From Squalus acanthias (Eukaryota): 64,000 nucleotides of DNA. Positions 1 to 12,189 of the stretch are shown here, piece after piece; the first letter of the stretch is position 1, and each line of letters starts with the position of its first letter. The stretch covers positions 41,542,001 to 41,606,000 of the forward strand of contig CM059432.1 in the NCBI GenBank assembly GCA_030390025.1, in the 5' to 3' direction. Below the pieces are notes generated by a model. It was not told the origin of the DNA, did not search any database, and worked only from the letters and a program-made list of their open reading frames with translations. Position numbers and translations under genes: made by a program.

Positions 1-13
1 TAGAACTACCATT

Positions 14-82
14 CTGTATGTTCAGATTACTGTGAAATAAGACAGCTTATCAGTTCAAAACAAGCCTAGTCTGACCAAGTGT
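14..82. repeat. Left arm of an old inverted repeat (partner 2591-2658)
   Basis: Reverse complement of 14-82 (acacttggtcagactaggcttgttttgaactgataagctgtcttatttcacagtaatctgaacatacag) aligns closely with 2591-2658 (acactcggtcagactaggcagatttgaattgagaagctgccttatttcacagtaatgcaaacatacag). Confidence 0.85.
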
Positions 83-313
83 CTGCTCAATCTGTCTTGA
101 GAGTGATTGAAGAAGTACACATGCAAAAAACACAAATATCTGGTACAGGGGGGTTCTATTGATACACCCTCAGGTTACGCTATTGTACAAGTAGATATAG
201 GGCAGTGTGTCAATTTGCACAAAGGGAAAGCATTCAGAAAGGAAATTAGGAACACAACAAGAGGGCATGAAAAATATTGGCAAGTAAAATCAAGGATGTT
301 TTATAAATACATA

Positions 314-396
314 AAGAAAGAAAGACTTGCATTTATATAGCGCCTTTCACGACCACCGGATGTCTCAAAGCGCTTTACGGCCAATGAAGTACTTTT
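314..396 (-). mobile_element. SacSINE1-like (Deu) SINE, 3' fragment inserted in CR1
   Basis: aaagaaagacttgcatttatatagcgcctttcacgacc matches the tail of the longer SINE copies; short taaaga duplication at the junctions. Confidence 0.85.
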
Positions 397-1654
397 AAAG
401 AGCAAGAGAATAACTAAAGAGAGAGTAGGACCTATTAGAGACCAAAAAGGTAACCTGTGTAATGAGGTGGAAGACGTGGGTATGGTTCTTAATGAATACT
501 TCATGTCTGTCTTCACAAAAGAGAGGGACGATGCATTGTAATTAAGGAGGAGGAGTGTGAAATATTAGATGAGATAAACATAGTGAGTGAGGAAATATTA
601 AGGGGTTTAGCATCTTTGACAGTAGATAAATCGCAAGGCCCAGACGAAATGTATCCCAGGCTGTTAAGAGAAGCAAGAGAGGAAGTAGTGGAGGCTCTGA
701 CCATCATTTTCCAATCCTCTCTGGCTACAGGTGTGGTGCCGGAGGACTGGAAGACTGCTAATGTTGTACCGTTGTTTAAAAAGAGAGAAAGGGATAGACC
801 GAGTAATTACACCTCGGTGGTGGGCAAATTATTGGAAAAAATTCTGAGGGACAGTATTAATCATAATTTAGAAAGGCACGGATTAATCAAGGACAGTCAG
901 TGTGGATTTGTTAAGGGAAGTCATGTCTGACTAACTTGATTGAACTTTTTGAGGAGGTAATGAGGAGGGCCAATGAGAGTAGCGCATTAAATGTAGTCTA
1001 CAAAGATTTTAGCAAAGCTTTTGACATGGCAGACTGGTCTGAAAAATAAGCAAGCAAAAGTGGCAAGTTGGATCCAAAATTGGCTCAGTGGCAGGAAACA
1101 AAGGGTATGGGTTGAAGGGTGTTTATGTGATTGGAAGGCTGTTTCCAGTGGGGTTCCACAGGGCTCAGTACTAGGTCCCTTGCTTTTTGTGGTATATATC
1201 AATGATTTAGACTTCAATGTAAGTGGCATGATTAAGAAGTTTGCAGATGATACAAAAATTGGCCGTGTGGTTGATAGTGAGGAAGAAAGCTGTAGACTGC
1301 AGGAAGATATCAAGGTGGGCAGAAAAGTGGCAAATGGAATTCAATCTGGAGTGTGAGGTAATGCATTTGTGGAGGGCTAACAAGGCAAGGGAATAAACAA
1401 TAAATGGTAGGATACTGAGAAGTGTAGAAGAACAGAGGGGCCATGGAGTGCGTGTCCACAGATCCCTGAAGGTAGCAGGACAGGTAGATAAGGTGATTAA
1501 GAAGGCATACAGGATACTTTCCTTTATTAGCTGAGGCATAGAATATAAGAGCAGGGAGGTTATGCTTGAACTGTATAAAACACTAGTTAGGCCACAGCTA
1601 GAGTACGGTGTACAGTTCTGGTCACCACATTACAGGAAAGATGAGATTGCACGA

Positions 1655-2076
1655 GAGAAAGAAAGAAAGAAGAAAGAAAGACTTGCATTTATATAGCGCT
1701 TTTCATGACCACCGGATGTCTCAAAGTGCTTTACAGCCAATGAAGTACTTTTTGAAGTGGAGTCACTGTTGTAATGTAGGAAACGCAGCAGCCAATTTGT
1801 GCACAGCAAGGTCCCACAAACAGCAATGTGATAATGACCAGATAATCTGATTTTGTTATGTTGGTTGAGGGATAACTATTGGCCAGGACACCGGGGATAA
1901 CTCCCCTGCTCTTCTTCGAAATAGTGCCGTGGGATCTTTTACGTCCACCTGAGAGAGCAGACAGGGCCTCGGTTTAACGTCTCATCCAAAAGACGGCACC
2001 TCCGACAGTGCAGCACTCCCTCAGCACTGCACTGGAGTGTCAGCCTAGCTTTATGTGCTCAAGTCCCTGGAGTGGG
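1655..2076 (-). mobile_element. SacSINE1-like (Deu) SINE lacking most of its head
   Basis: Highly similar to 27312-27777; (GAAA)n tail; interrupts CR1 between attgcac and ggtacagagg. Confidence 0.9.
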
Positions 2077-2590
2077 TACAGAGGAGAGTTACGAGGATGT
2101 TGCCAGGATAATTTTAGCTATGAGGAAAGATTGGATAGGCTGGGGTTGTTTTATTTGGAACAGAGGAGGCTAAGGGGAGACTTAATTGAGGTGCATAAAA
2201 TTATGAGAGGCATAGATAGAGTGGATAGAAAGGATCTATTTCCCTTAGCAGAGAGGTCAATAACCAGGGGGCATAGATTTAAAGTACTTGGTAGAAGAAT
2301 TAGAGGGGGTTTGAGGAGAATGTTTTACACGCAGAGGGTGGTGGGGGTCTGGAACTCACTGCCTGAAAGGGTGGTACAGGCAGAAACCCTCATTGCATTT
2401 GAAAAGTATTTGGTAATGCACTTGAAGTGCCATGGCCTACAGGGCTACAGACCAAGAGCTGGAAAGTGAGATTAGGCTAGATAGCTCTTTCAGCCGGCAC
2501 AGACACGATGGGCTGAATGCCCTCCTTCTGAGCCTAAATTTCTATGATTCTATGATTCAGACCACTTAAGGCAATGAGTGATGTCACTAA

Positions 2591-2658
2591 ACACTCGGTC
2601 AGACTAGGCAGATTTGAATTGAGAAGCTGCCTTATTTCACAGTAATGCAAACATACAG
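2591..2658. repeat. Right arm of the old inverted repeat (partner 14-82)
   Basis: See 14-82. Confidence 0.85.
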
Positions 2659-3120
2659 CTGTCAGCTGTGGCTCAGTGGGTAGCACTCTCTAGGTGAGAG
2701 GGGCTAGGAGTGAGCAGGTGCTGCTGGGTGCTTGATTACTGCAGGGAGGTGGAGTGAGTTTGTAAAAAGTTGCTGGATGGCCGGGCCCCTCAGAGGACAA
2801 TATTCCCAAGATGAATTTAATCAGGGAAGCAAATGTTGGGGAAGGGAAGAAAAAAGGCCCAAAGATTTGGGCCGGGACCCCAGGAGGTTTGGAAAAGAAA
2901 ACACGGTGGTGGTTCAGTGTGAGGATAAGGAGATACGAGCTTGGGATATTATCTAGGCGGTACATGAGGACTGCGGCGAGGGAAGCTGCTTTGTCTGCCG
3001 ACCAAAGCCGAATGTTGGGTTCGAGGTGACGGTCAGTGGCTGAGAGGAGGTGGAAAGACTTTTACTGAGTTTGAAGGTTGGAGATAAGTTCTTGGAGGTA
3101 TCTCTGCTATATTCTGAAGA

Positions 3121-3400
3121 AAAATGAGAAGTCGCACAACACCAGGTTATAGTCCAACAGATTTATTTAAAATTACAAGCTTTCGGAGCTGTTGCCCCTT
3201 CGTCAGGTAGAGTTACAATGAGGGAATCTACAATATATCACAGTATACTTTGTATCTCACAGTATCATTGTAACTCTACCTGACGAAGGGGCAACAGCTC
3301 CGAAAGCTTGTAATTTTAAATAAATCTGTTGGACTATAACCTGGTGTTGTGCGACTTCTCATTTTTGTCCAGCCCAGTCCAACACCGGCATCTCCGCATC
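3121..3400 (+). mobile_element. Penelope-like fragment (family A) with perfect 101-bp inverted repeat
   Basis: Arms 3121-3221 / 3265-3365; 12-bp TSD atattctgaaga (3109-3120 / 3401-3412). Confidence 0.85.
3277..3312 (+). ncRNA. Minimal hammerhead-ribozyme-like motif
   Basis: tac-CTGAcGA-a-ggggc/aaca/gctcc-GAAA-gc-TT-gta: core boxes, stem II, palindromic AAGCTT at helix III, short tac/gta stem I. Confidence 0.6.
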
Positions 3401-6400
3401 ATATTCTGAAGAGGTGGTGGTCTGATTCTTAAACCTGTCGGTTTATATTGAGGACGATGTGGAGTCGTGGAACATTAAAATTTGCTCGGCAATAAAGAGG
3501 AGGTACTATCCAGGAATGCAGGTAGCAGATGGAACCCGTTATGTAAAGGTGCAGTTCCCAGAGGGGGTGAAGTCATTGCCGTATAACATGAAATTTGAGA
3601 CAATGGAAGGAGTGCAGTACTTCCGGGTACTGCATGATAACCAGGTGAAGGTTTGTTATTATTGTCTTGGACACAACCATCTTGTAAGAAGCTGTCCAGA
3701 CTTGTACTGTTATAACTGCGGCGAGTCTGGACACATCGCTCGGAGCTGCAAGGCGGAGAGCTGTGGGGTGTGTCACAAAGGCCCCACCCACTGTGAGTGT
3801 GAGGCAGAAGGAAGCCCTTTGAGTGATGAGGAGATGGGAGAAGGAGCAGGAGGTGTGAGTGGAGCAGCTGGAGGAGCAGAGCAGGCGGAGGACACAGCTG
3901 GTGAATTGAAGGAGAAAAGAGCGCAAGAAGAGGCAGAAAATTATGGAGCAGAGAACAGGATGGAGATGATGCAAAACACACCAAGTACAGTGGAAAAGGA
4001 CAAAAACAGCAGCGGGCAGCATAGGTCAAGGGCAGATTCGAGCCATAATATGGCTTGGCTCTCCCTAAAGAATCTGGTGTCCGCGGGGGGAGAGGAGGTG
4101 GAAACGAGGTGCGGGGTAAGTGTAAGCATTCCAAAGAAAGACGGGGAGTCGGACATCTCGGGGAGCAGGAGGGGGCAAGACAAGGAGAGGGTGCAAGCGG
4201 CAGGAGCCTTAAAGGGGCAGCAGGACAGGAGCGGGGAGACAAAGATGCCAGAAGGGAGCAAGATAGGTACAGATGCGCCATTGTCCCAGAGAGAGAAGAA
4301 ATGGGGAGCAAGGGTCAGCAGTGGAGATGAGGCTGAAGGGAGTGGCACTGTTGGAGAAACCGTGATAGCAGGAAGACTCTCTAAGGGAGATTATGTATCT
4401 GACGGGGAGCAGGGACAGGAGGTTACAGAAGAGCTCGAGAGTGAGGAGTCAGAGGGGGACAGAGACATGGAAGTGGGGAGTGGGGTGGCATCATGTGGAA
4501 AAAGAAAGGTTAATGAGGGGTAGAGGAGGGAGAAGGGGCAGCTCCTCAGCCCAAACCTAATGTAAGGAAGAGGCTGAAACTGTAGGGAAGGTTCAAACAG
4601 GAGGTGAAAAAGAGCCGGAGGCTGCAGGAGAAAACAACAGCAGCTGAAAAAGTTGGGAAGGAGCATGATGGGGGGATTATCAGGCACACTTCCCTTATTC
4701 AGAGCCATGATTACTGATCAATTTTTAAAGTACAATAGATTAGTATATGTTATGGGAGACAAATTAAACTTCAGGTTTTGATGTTAATATGTGGTGGAGG
4801 AATGGCTGTGCAGAGCAGTAGAATGGATATGTATGATACAATGGAATGATCACAATTTTTAAAATGTTTTTAATGTTTAATAAATAATATATTTAAAAAA
4901 AGTTGATAGGGCTCTCACCTCTGAGTCAGAAGGTTGGGGGTTCAGGTCCCACTCCAGAGATCTGAGTGCAAAATCCTAGGCAGTACTGAGGGAGTGTTGC
5001 AATGTCGGAGGTGCCACTTTTGGATGAGATGTTATGCTAAGGCCCCATCTGCCCTCTCAGCTGGACATAAAAGATCCCATGGCACTATTCAAAGAAGAGC
5101 AGGGGAGTTCTCCCTGGTGTCCTGGCCAATATTTATCCCTCAAGCAATACCTGAAGTAGATTATTTGGTTATTTTCACATTGCTGTTTGTGGGAGTTTGC
5201 TGTGTGCAAATTAGCTGCCGCACTCCCTACATTACAACAGTGACTGCACTTCAAAAAGTACTTCATTGGCTGTACAGTGCTTTGGGAAGTCCTGGGCAAG
5301 TTCTTTCTTTCTTTCTAAACCCGAGAAGGTATCTATAGCAGATCCGAATTTGTAACACCAACTCATGTCATGATTTTCTTGCTCTTGAACCATCCAGTCA
5401 ACCTATCTTGTGGAGGTATTTATCATGTTATATTGTTAGCTGGGTACATATCTTCTAATTAAGTAAATGACGACCTGGTGCTTGTTTGATCTTCACACTG
5501 TGTGCAAGTCTGGTTATGATACAATTATTATCTATCCTAACAATATATTAAATGATTCCACTGTATTTTTGTTATCCCTTTCTTAAGTTGTTTTCTCTCT
5601 TTAGGTCCGTCTCCAACATATCATTTTTTCCGAGCTCAGAGGCTGGTCAGCCAACTTTCTTCCAAGTCTCTGTTAATAACACTAGGTAACCAGCTGTTAG
5701 GACAATTTGCTCAATTGACATCTTCCTACTTTCCTGTGGTCAAGTGCCTCCCCTAGGTGATTTTCTAGAGATCAAGAACTCACTATATGGGGGAATCATG
5801 GATATGAGTTCTCAACTGATAAATTTGTGCTGTAACCTATTGATAATCCAATGCCCTGAAGAAACAGGCTCTCTTTTGCTCTTTCATAGTAACTTAATTT
5901 TATGTAATTTCTTGAAGCTAAACAAGAGTAACAAAATTGGAAAGTCTGCAGGTTTGGAAATTGATTGCTTCAAAGTCTACAGGTTGCTATGAGACCAAGC
6001 CATTCTCTTCAGTATAGCTTCTGTGTTGTAGGATACTCTTTAACCTGTAGGTGTGTAGGATGAATGAGCAGAATCAGGGTGGATGGCAGATGAGCAGCTG
6101 CAATCTGTGGCAGTAGTAGCAACAGAGGGAATCTTATGATATGTTTTACAAACACAAAATTACTGATTGGCTGGCAGTCCAATGGAACTATTCAGCTCCT
6201 GTATGTAAACCCTTTAATGCTTCTAAAAATATATAGGCCTAGAAATTTATAGTGTTGCGCTGGCCATTAAGGCCCGTTTCAGCAAAAAAAATGGCGGCCA
6301 CCTCACTTCTGCCCGCTGCCGGCAGGTCCTGCGGCAGCCGCCATTTTCGGCTGGGTGGCAGCGCTGCTGATGTCCATGCTCGCTAGATTATGCAGATCGT

Positions 6401-6732
6401 GAAGTCAGTGAGTGTGCAACGCTCACCTGATGCCCGATCCACCATTTTGGAGTGCGCCGTTCAACTTAGCATCCTGTGTTAATTACAACCAGCTGACCAA
6501 GTGTTCACAAGCAGGAAGGAGGCTCCAGCAGCGATATTTAAAGAGATCATCAGGGACAACTTGCAGCTGACATGTTTGTTCAGTTTGACTGGCTCTGTGA
6601 AACTTTCTGCAACTCTTTCAGTAGCTTTTTAAATGTCTTTCATGGTCCTAAGGGGACAGAGAGTGTTGGTGCAAGTGGAGAACACCTTAATTCTTATTTA
6701 AAGGCTTCTGCTCATGCCACTTGCTCACAGTC

Positions 6733-7785
6733 ATGGGGGCTCTACTGGTAGTCCTCCAGCGCTCGAGTATCTTAGGGAGAGGAAGCGGAAGCAGCAAAGA
6801 AGAGGAAAAGATGCACGCAGAGGGAGCAGGAGGAGGGCCAGGATGGCTCTCAACAGGAGGCCTTACCCACCTAGGGTCTTCAGAGAGCACTCCTCTTATC
6901 TCCACTTAGCGAGGAGCAGTGTATTAGGAGGCTCCGCTTCACCAAGGAGGTGGTCACACATCTTTGAAACCTCCTGAAACCAGACCTGCAGCCTGAGAGC
7001 AGGGCGAACACAGCTCACCCAGTAGCCCTCAAGGTCACCATGGCTCTTAATTTCTTCACCGACGGATCCTTCCAGTCTGCAGCAGGAGAGATAGCTAACA
7101 TCTCACAGTTCGCCGTCCATCACCGCATCCGGGAGGTCACAGAGTTTCTCTACACCAGGAGTAGGGACTACGTTGTCTTCTCTCTGAGCAGAGAGAAGCA
7201 CAAGGAGCGTGCATATGGCTTTGCCAGGATAGCGGGCTTTCCCATGGTGCAGGGCATCATCGACTGCACCCACAAAGCTTTGCAGGCGCCGCATAACAAT
7301 CCTGGGATCTTCTATAACTGTAAAGGCTACCACTCACTTAATGTGCAGTTGTTGTGTGACCACATCCAGCGCAGCCTGATGGTCAATGCCCACTATCCTG
7401 GCAGCAGTCATGATGCCTTCATCAGTCTGGTGTGCCAGCAACCTTCCAGCCACCACGTCAAACCCAAGGGTGGCTGCTCGGAGACAAGGGTTATCCGCTC
7501 TGCACCTGGCTGATGACTCCCCTCTGCAACCCCAACACTTGTGCCCAGCACTCATATAATGAGAGCCATGCTGCCACCAGGAACATCATTGAGCAGACCA
7601 TCGAGGTTCTGAAGCAACGGTTCCGCTGCCTTGACTGCTCGGGAGGAGCCCTCCAGTACTCGGCGGAGCGAGTGTCCCATTTCATGGTGGTCTGCTGCAT
7701 GCTTCACAATTTGGCCATCATGAGGGCACAGCCCTTGCCAGCAGGGATTGTGGGATCACCTCAGGAAGAGGATGAGGGAGAGTAG
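6733..7785 (+). pseudogene. Harbinger DDE transposase pseudogene (frameshifted)
   Basis: [65 protein letters not shown] spread over different frames. Confidence 0.92.
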
Positions 7786-8032
7786 GAGGAGGAAGAGGAA
7801 GAGGAGCAGGAGGAAGAGGAAGAGGAGGAGGACGAGGAGGAATGGAGGAGAGCTGGCCCCCGAGAAAGGGAAGTGTGATGGGTGATGTGCCTGCCATAGT
7901 TGAATAGTGTGTGCAAGGTGTGAGGTGTGCGTGTGCGTGCTGCAGCAGTGTTAAGGTTGTGAGGGTGAAGTGAAGCTATGATTATGAGGTATGAATGGCG
8001 ATAGGTAGAGATTGTTGGTAGGTGATTGATGG

Positions 8033-8346
8033 TTTTTTTTAAATTCGTTCCTGGGAAGTGGGTGATGCTGGCAAGGCCAGCATTTATTGCCCATCCCTAA
8101 TTGCCCTTGAGAAGGTGATGGTGAACCGCCTTCTTGAACCGCTGCAGTCCGTGTGGTGAAGGTACTCCCACAGTGCTGTTAGGTAGGGAGTTCCAGGATT
8201 TTGACCCATCGACAATGAAGGATCGGCGATATACTTCTAAGTCAGGATGGTGTGTGATTTGGATGGGAACTTGGAGGTGATGGTGTTCCCATGCACCTGC
8301 TGCCCTTGTCCTTCTAGGTGGTAGAGGTCACGGGTTTGGGAGGTGC
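8033..8346 (-). mobile_element. LINE family B (CR1/L2-group) 3' fragment inserted in Harbinger
   Basis: Matches the 3' ends of copies at 14678, 37231 and 56643 (gcatttattgcccatccctaattgcccttgagaagg). Confidence 0.85.
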
Positions 8347-8405
8347 ATTGAGCAGTGTGTGAGACTTGTGGTGCAGATATGGCATTTGCAGAAGCCTTCA
8401 CTCAC

Positions 8406-8633
8406 CTTGACCTGCCATGTGAGGTCAGTAAACTTCTTGTGGCACTGTATCCATTTTCTGGGGACCACACTGTTGGCTGTCACATTGTCAAAGCCTTCTA
8501 GATGTAGTGCTGATGGTTTCCTGCCAGTCTGTGGGAAGAGGACAGCCCGCCTCCTCTCCACAGCCACCATCAGTGCCTCCAGAGCCGCATCTGAGAACCT
8601 TCGGGCTCTTTCTCTCTGCTGGTGCTTAGCCAT
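8406..8633 (-). pseudogene. Harbinger Myb/SANT-like gene, exon 1 remnant
   Basis: MAKHQQRERARRFSDAALEALM..RRAVLFP..RKWIQCHKKFTDLT..VK followed by gtgagt donor. Confidence 0.85.
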
Positions 8634-9151
8634 GTCTTCCAGGTTCAGCTGTGAATCCAATTGGAGCTCCAACTACAATGACAATGAGGTGCTGCTGCAT
8701 CAAAGCACTTCCCCTTTAAGTAGTGGAAAAAGCCTGAGCACGAATTTTGTGTGCTACCTGAACCCAGCACAGCTAAATAGCGCTGTGCCATAACACCGCC
8801 CGTTTTCGGGCCATATCCAATTTCTAGGCCATAGCCTTTTATCTTTCATTGGCCAGGAGAGATGTGCAGTATTATGATGGTGTGATGCTATGTTTTCTCT
8901 TCTCTGGTAGTTTCTTCAGGAGAAGGATGTGCAGCCTTGTGATGATCTATATATCTGATCCCAATAGCTGCCAGAAGAGAAGGTGGCGGTCGTATTCAAG
9001 CAGTATGCATGTCAGGTTGATGGTGGTTCTTTCCCATGCTTCTTAGCACAGGAGAAGCTACTTTATCACCTTAAAGCACCGCTGGAATGTAGTCACATGT
9101 ACCATGTGCTTCCAAGTCAGATCAACTTCAAACTAACTTGGCAGGTGCAAA

Positions 9152-9319
9152 ATTTGGACTCTGGGGTAATTTTCACCTTCACCGCTTGGGCGGCAAACTG
9201 GCAGAGCGGATCACCTACCCGTCATAGAACCCGGCCGATTTTTATAACGGGTGGGCGATCTGCTCTGCCAATTACCTGCCCAAGTAGTGAAGGCAAAAAT
9301 GAGCCTCCAAAGTCCAAAT
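9152..9319. mobile_element. Small palindromic MITE-like element
   Basis: Left half (ttttcaccttcaccgcttgggcgg..tggcagagcggatcacctacccgtcata) is an imperfect reverse complement of the right half; outer atttggact/agtccaaat also complementary. Confidence 0.7.
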
Positions 9320-10588
9320 AAATCTAAACGTTTATTCTTAATTAGCAGTTCTTTATCGCAGCATTTTATATTTCATAACTTTATCTCTAGTACTAAAGAA
9401 AGGTTCCCAGTGTGTTAGGGTATGATCTAGTTCCTTCAAACTTCAAAACTTTGCTCAATTTGAGAGAAACATTCACTAACAGCAAATGTTTTTTTCACTT
9501 GCAGTTATGAGGATGAGGCTAGATTTGTCTCCTCATCCTACTGTACTCAGGCTGAAATAACACTGAAACAATGTTTAATTGGATATTCTAACCAATAACA
9601 ATTATAGGAATGGATATAACTCTATCCTGCTGTATCTGGTTTTGTTTTTTGGAAAGATTAAATTGCACTACACTTAAATATTTGTTGTGATGAAAGCATT
9701 ATTGTCTCACTCAAAAGTATACTCTAAGAATTAGTTTTCTTTTCTTTATAGTAAACCATATAATGGTATTTAAGTTCTTCTCTCTGGTTCTTTGATGTGG
9801 ACTCTGGCTGCTTTCTTCACATGGTACTGTTGTTCTGAGATATCATTGACTTTCTCAAAAACTTCCAGCTGAAATCGCAGTGTATGATATTGGTTAAAAA
9901 AAGCATTAGCCAGTTTTTATGAAATACCCTTCCCACTTTTTTAACAAAATATTTAGCTCAAATAGATAATCCCTTATTCAATTAGTGGGCAATGGAATTC
10001 CATGTGAATTTGTTAAAATCACACACCATGATTTCAGCACCCTGCCACTTCTAAATTATCTTCCTTCTCTCTTTTGTTCAGTCTCTTTGCCTTCCTACTT
10101 CAAGCTTTCTCATGTTGAAAACACCTTGTACTGTACAATGTTGGTAATGATCACATTAACATGTTTGCTACTGTTGCGTCACAGTGCAATTTCAACCCAA
10201 TAGGGTGCGAAGATTTCCCCTGCTGATTATGTGTAGGACGTTGTAAATATGCTTCTAAAAGATTTCTCTGTTCGATATTTTGAGCAAAATTCTAAACGGG
10301 TTCTAAAGGAACCGACTTACAATTTTGGTAGAAATAGCGCACAAATGAAAATCTCCACAAATGCTTTTACAATACTGCTATCCAGCGGGACCAAAGAAAA
10401 TTCTTATGTTTTGCTTTCTTTTTCCTATTTTTTTCCTTTTCACATTCTGGAAACAAATAAAAACCCCTCCAATATTCTCAATTGTATCATTCTGCATTTG
10501 CTGAATTTTGCTCTGATTTATCACGCTCCTGGTAAAATCGTCCCTTACCGTTAAGTGATAAGACGTTGAACCTGAAGTTACTTATAGT

Positions 10589-10670
10589 ACAAAACTGTTG
10601 GACTATAACCTGGTGTTGTGCGACTTCTCATTTTTGTCCACCCCAGTCCAACACCGGCATCTCCGCATCA
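10589..10670 (+). mobile_element. Penelope-like family A terminal fragment
   Basis: Same 3' end as 3121-3400; 11-bp TSD ttacttatagt (10578-10588 / 10671-10681). Confidence 0.85.
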
Positions 10671-12189
10671 TTACTTATAGTTCAGAGTGTCCCAGGCTTG
10701 TTCATTCTACACAAAGTACCTTTCAGGTGCCACGTTTTCAGCTTCCTAATAGTTAAAAACACTTGAATTATATCTGCCTTTTTTCCCCCCAGAGTATCTT
10801 CTCTTAGCTCAGTGATGTAAATCCCAGATATCTTTAATTGCCCTTCCTGTACCCTTTCCAACGGCCCTATATTTCTTTGTCAGCAGAGCTTAATTCTGAA
10901 ACACACAGGGGATCATATTTCCATTCTAACCACTCATTCCATTTGTTAACAATAATAATTTTTGCTGTGTGAGCTTATTCGGAAAAAATGTTCTTGAACA
11001 TTTTCCTTCCAACCATTTTTTATAACTTTTAGTTATATGATTTGATCAGTGCTGGTGAATAACAATGAGGCTATGAACCTTATCAATGTTTGTATTACAA
11101 AAAGTTAAGAACTAAGTGTTTATAGAAAAATTCCAGACCCCAAACAACTTATATTTAATATACAGAACATTTTTGCAATAACTAGCTTCCTTCCCAGCCC
11201 TCGTTCTTTTTTTAGCATTTCATCTACACACTGAAACCATCTTTCAAAGTGACTGTTTTCCATTTGCACATAGCAGCTATTCATTAATTGCTTTGGAGAA
11301 ATCGTTAGCAGTTTTGCGGTCACCAGATGTCAGGGGGTTTCTGCTGTTGCTGGCTCGAGTGAATGGAAAGCTCGAAATGTCAGAAGTCTTTTTATCAGAA
11401 TGCTACATTTAAGAAACAATGTTTAACTTGACATTAAATTCAAATGAAACTTGTTTGTCTGTTTATGGCTATTCTGCACTAAACATTAGAATATCTTTGA
11501 AAACAGGAAATTTGGGGTGGGAGGAGATTTTGTCTCTTTACCATAAATTTATTCTTTATACAAGTGTTTATGATTTTCTTACACACAGCTAACAGAAGAA
11601 ATCTTTCCCTGTTTCTTATTTATTTCAACTAACCACAGTTGGTATCCTGAATCCATCATCTTGTGATGAAAGAATGTTTATGATCTCTACAAATAATTCA
11701 CGACTGTTATTGGGTAAATGGTGATTCTCTCGGTTTTATGCCACCTTCAGCCGTTTATATAATTTCTCTGGGGATTCTGCGGTTATTGTAGGAGACTGTG
11801 AGAGACTCCTTGGAATTTCAGAGCCATACTTACTTTTTTCTGGATTAATAAAATGGTAAAAATGATTGGAACCAAGAGGAGTACTTTTACATATTAAATA
11901 TAATACGAGTTGACTATCCCCCCCAAAAATTGACGATTAAAACATACCAACTAACAACAGCTGTTCCTTCTGCTCTATTGCAGAACATTTTCAATATATT
12001 TTTCTAATGCATATGTAGTCCAAAATCATTAATGGGACAATGTCCTTCATTTCTCCACAAATGAGTTATCTACCTCCACCTCAACTGCTTTCAACCTTGA
12101 GGTAATTAATACCTAAGAGGGCATTAGCAAAGCACACAAAGACATTGGGGAATCAACATAAGAAAGTATGTCAACCATCAACAACGAAG

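Larger units (their letters stand above)
238..2558 (+). mobile_element. 5'-truncated, decayed CR1-clade LINE (RT region plus 3' UTR), interrupted by two SINE pieces
   Basis: Frameshifted ORF pieces with CR1 RT motifs (KSQGPDEMYPRLL, NVVPLFKK, GVPQGSVLGPLLF, KFADDTK, RRLRGDLIEV, VWNSLPE); (TCTATGAT)n tail at ~2541-2558. Confidence 0.93.
2740..4523 (+). pseudogene. L1/Tx1-type ORF1 (gag-like CCHC zinc-knuckle protein); 5' part disrupted, 3459-4523 open (354 codons)
   Basis: DGTRYVKVQFP..SLPY..FRVLHDNQVKVCYYCLGHNHLVRSCP..CYNCGESGHIARSC..CGVCHKGPTHCEC; upstream part has stops and a Penelope insertion. Confidence 0.78.
2691..4901 (+). mobile_element. ORF1-only L1/Tx1-like non-LTR retroelement
   Basis: Degenerate 15-bp TSD (gtgggtagcactctc 2676-2690 / gttgatagggctctc 4902-4916); AATAAA near 4879 and A-rich end; zinc-knuckle ORF1 with no ORF2 before the tail. 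Confidence 0.75.
2661..5315 (+). mobile_element. SacSINE1-like SINE split by a 2.2-kb insertion (head 2661-2690, remainder 4902-5315)
   Basis: tRNA-like head gctgtggctcagtgggtagcactctc resumes as ctctcacctctgagtcagaaggttgggggttcaggtccc, followed by the core and tail seen in other copies. Confidence 0.88.
6236..8830 (+). mobile_element. PIF/Harbinger transposon, internally deleted and decayed
   Basis: 12-bp TIR ggcctagaaatt / aatttctaggcc; 3-bp ATA duplication; transposase remnant (+) and Myb/SANT exon 1 (-). Confidence 0.92.

Noticed and set aside
3459..4523. Host ZCCHC3-like gene
   Set aside because: 5' part has stops and a Penelope insertion; the unit has an A-tail and TSD and interrupts a SINE
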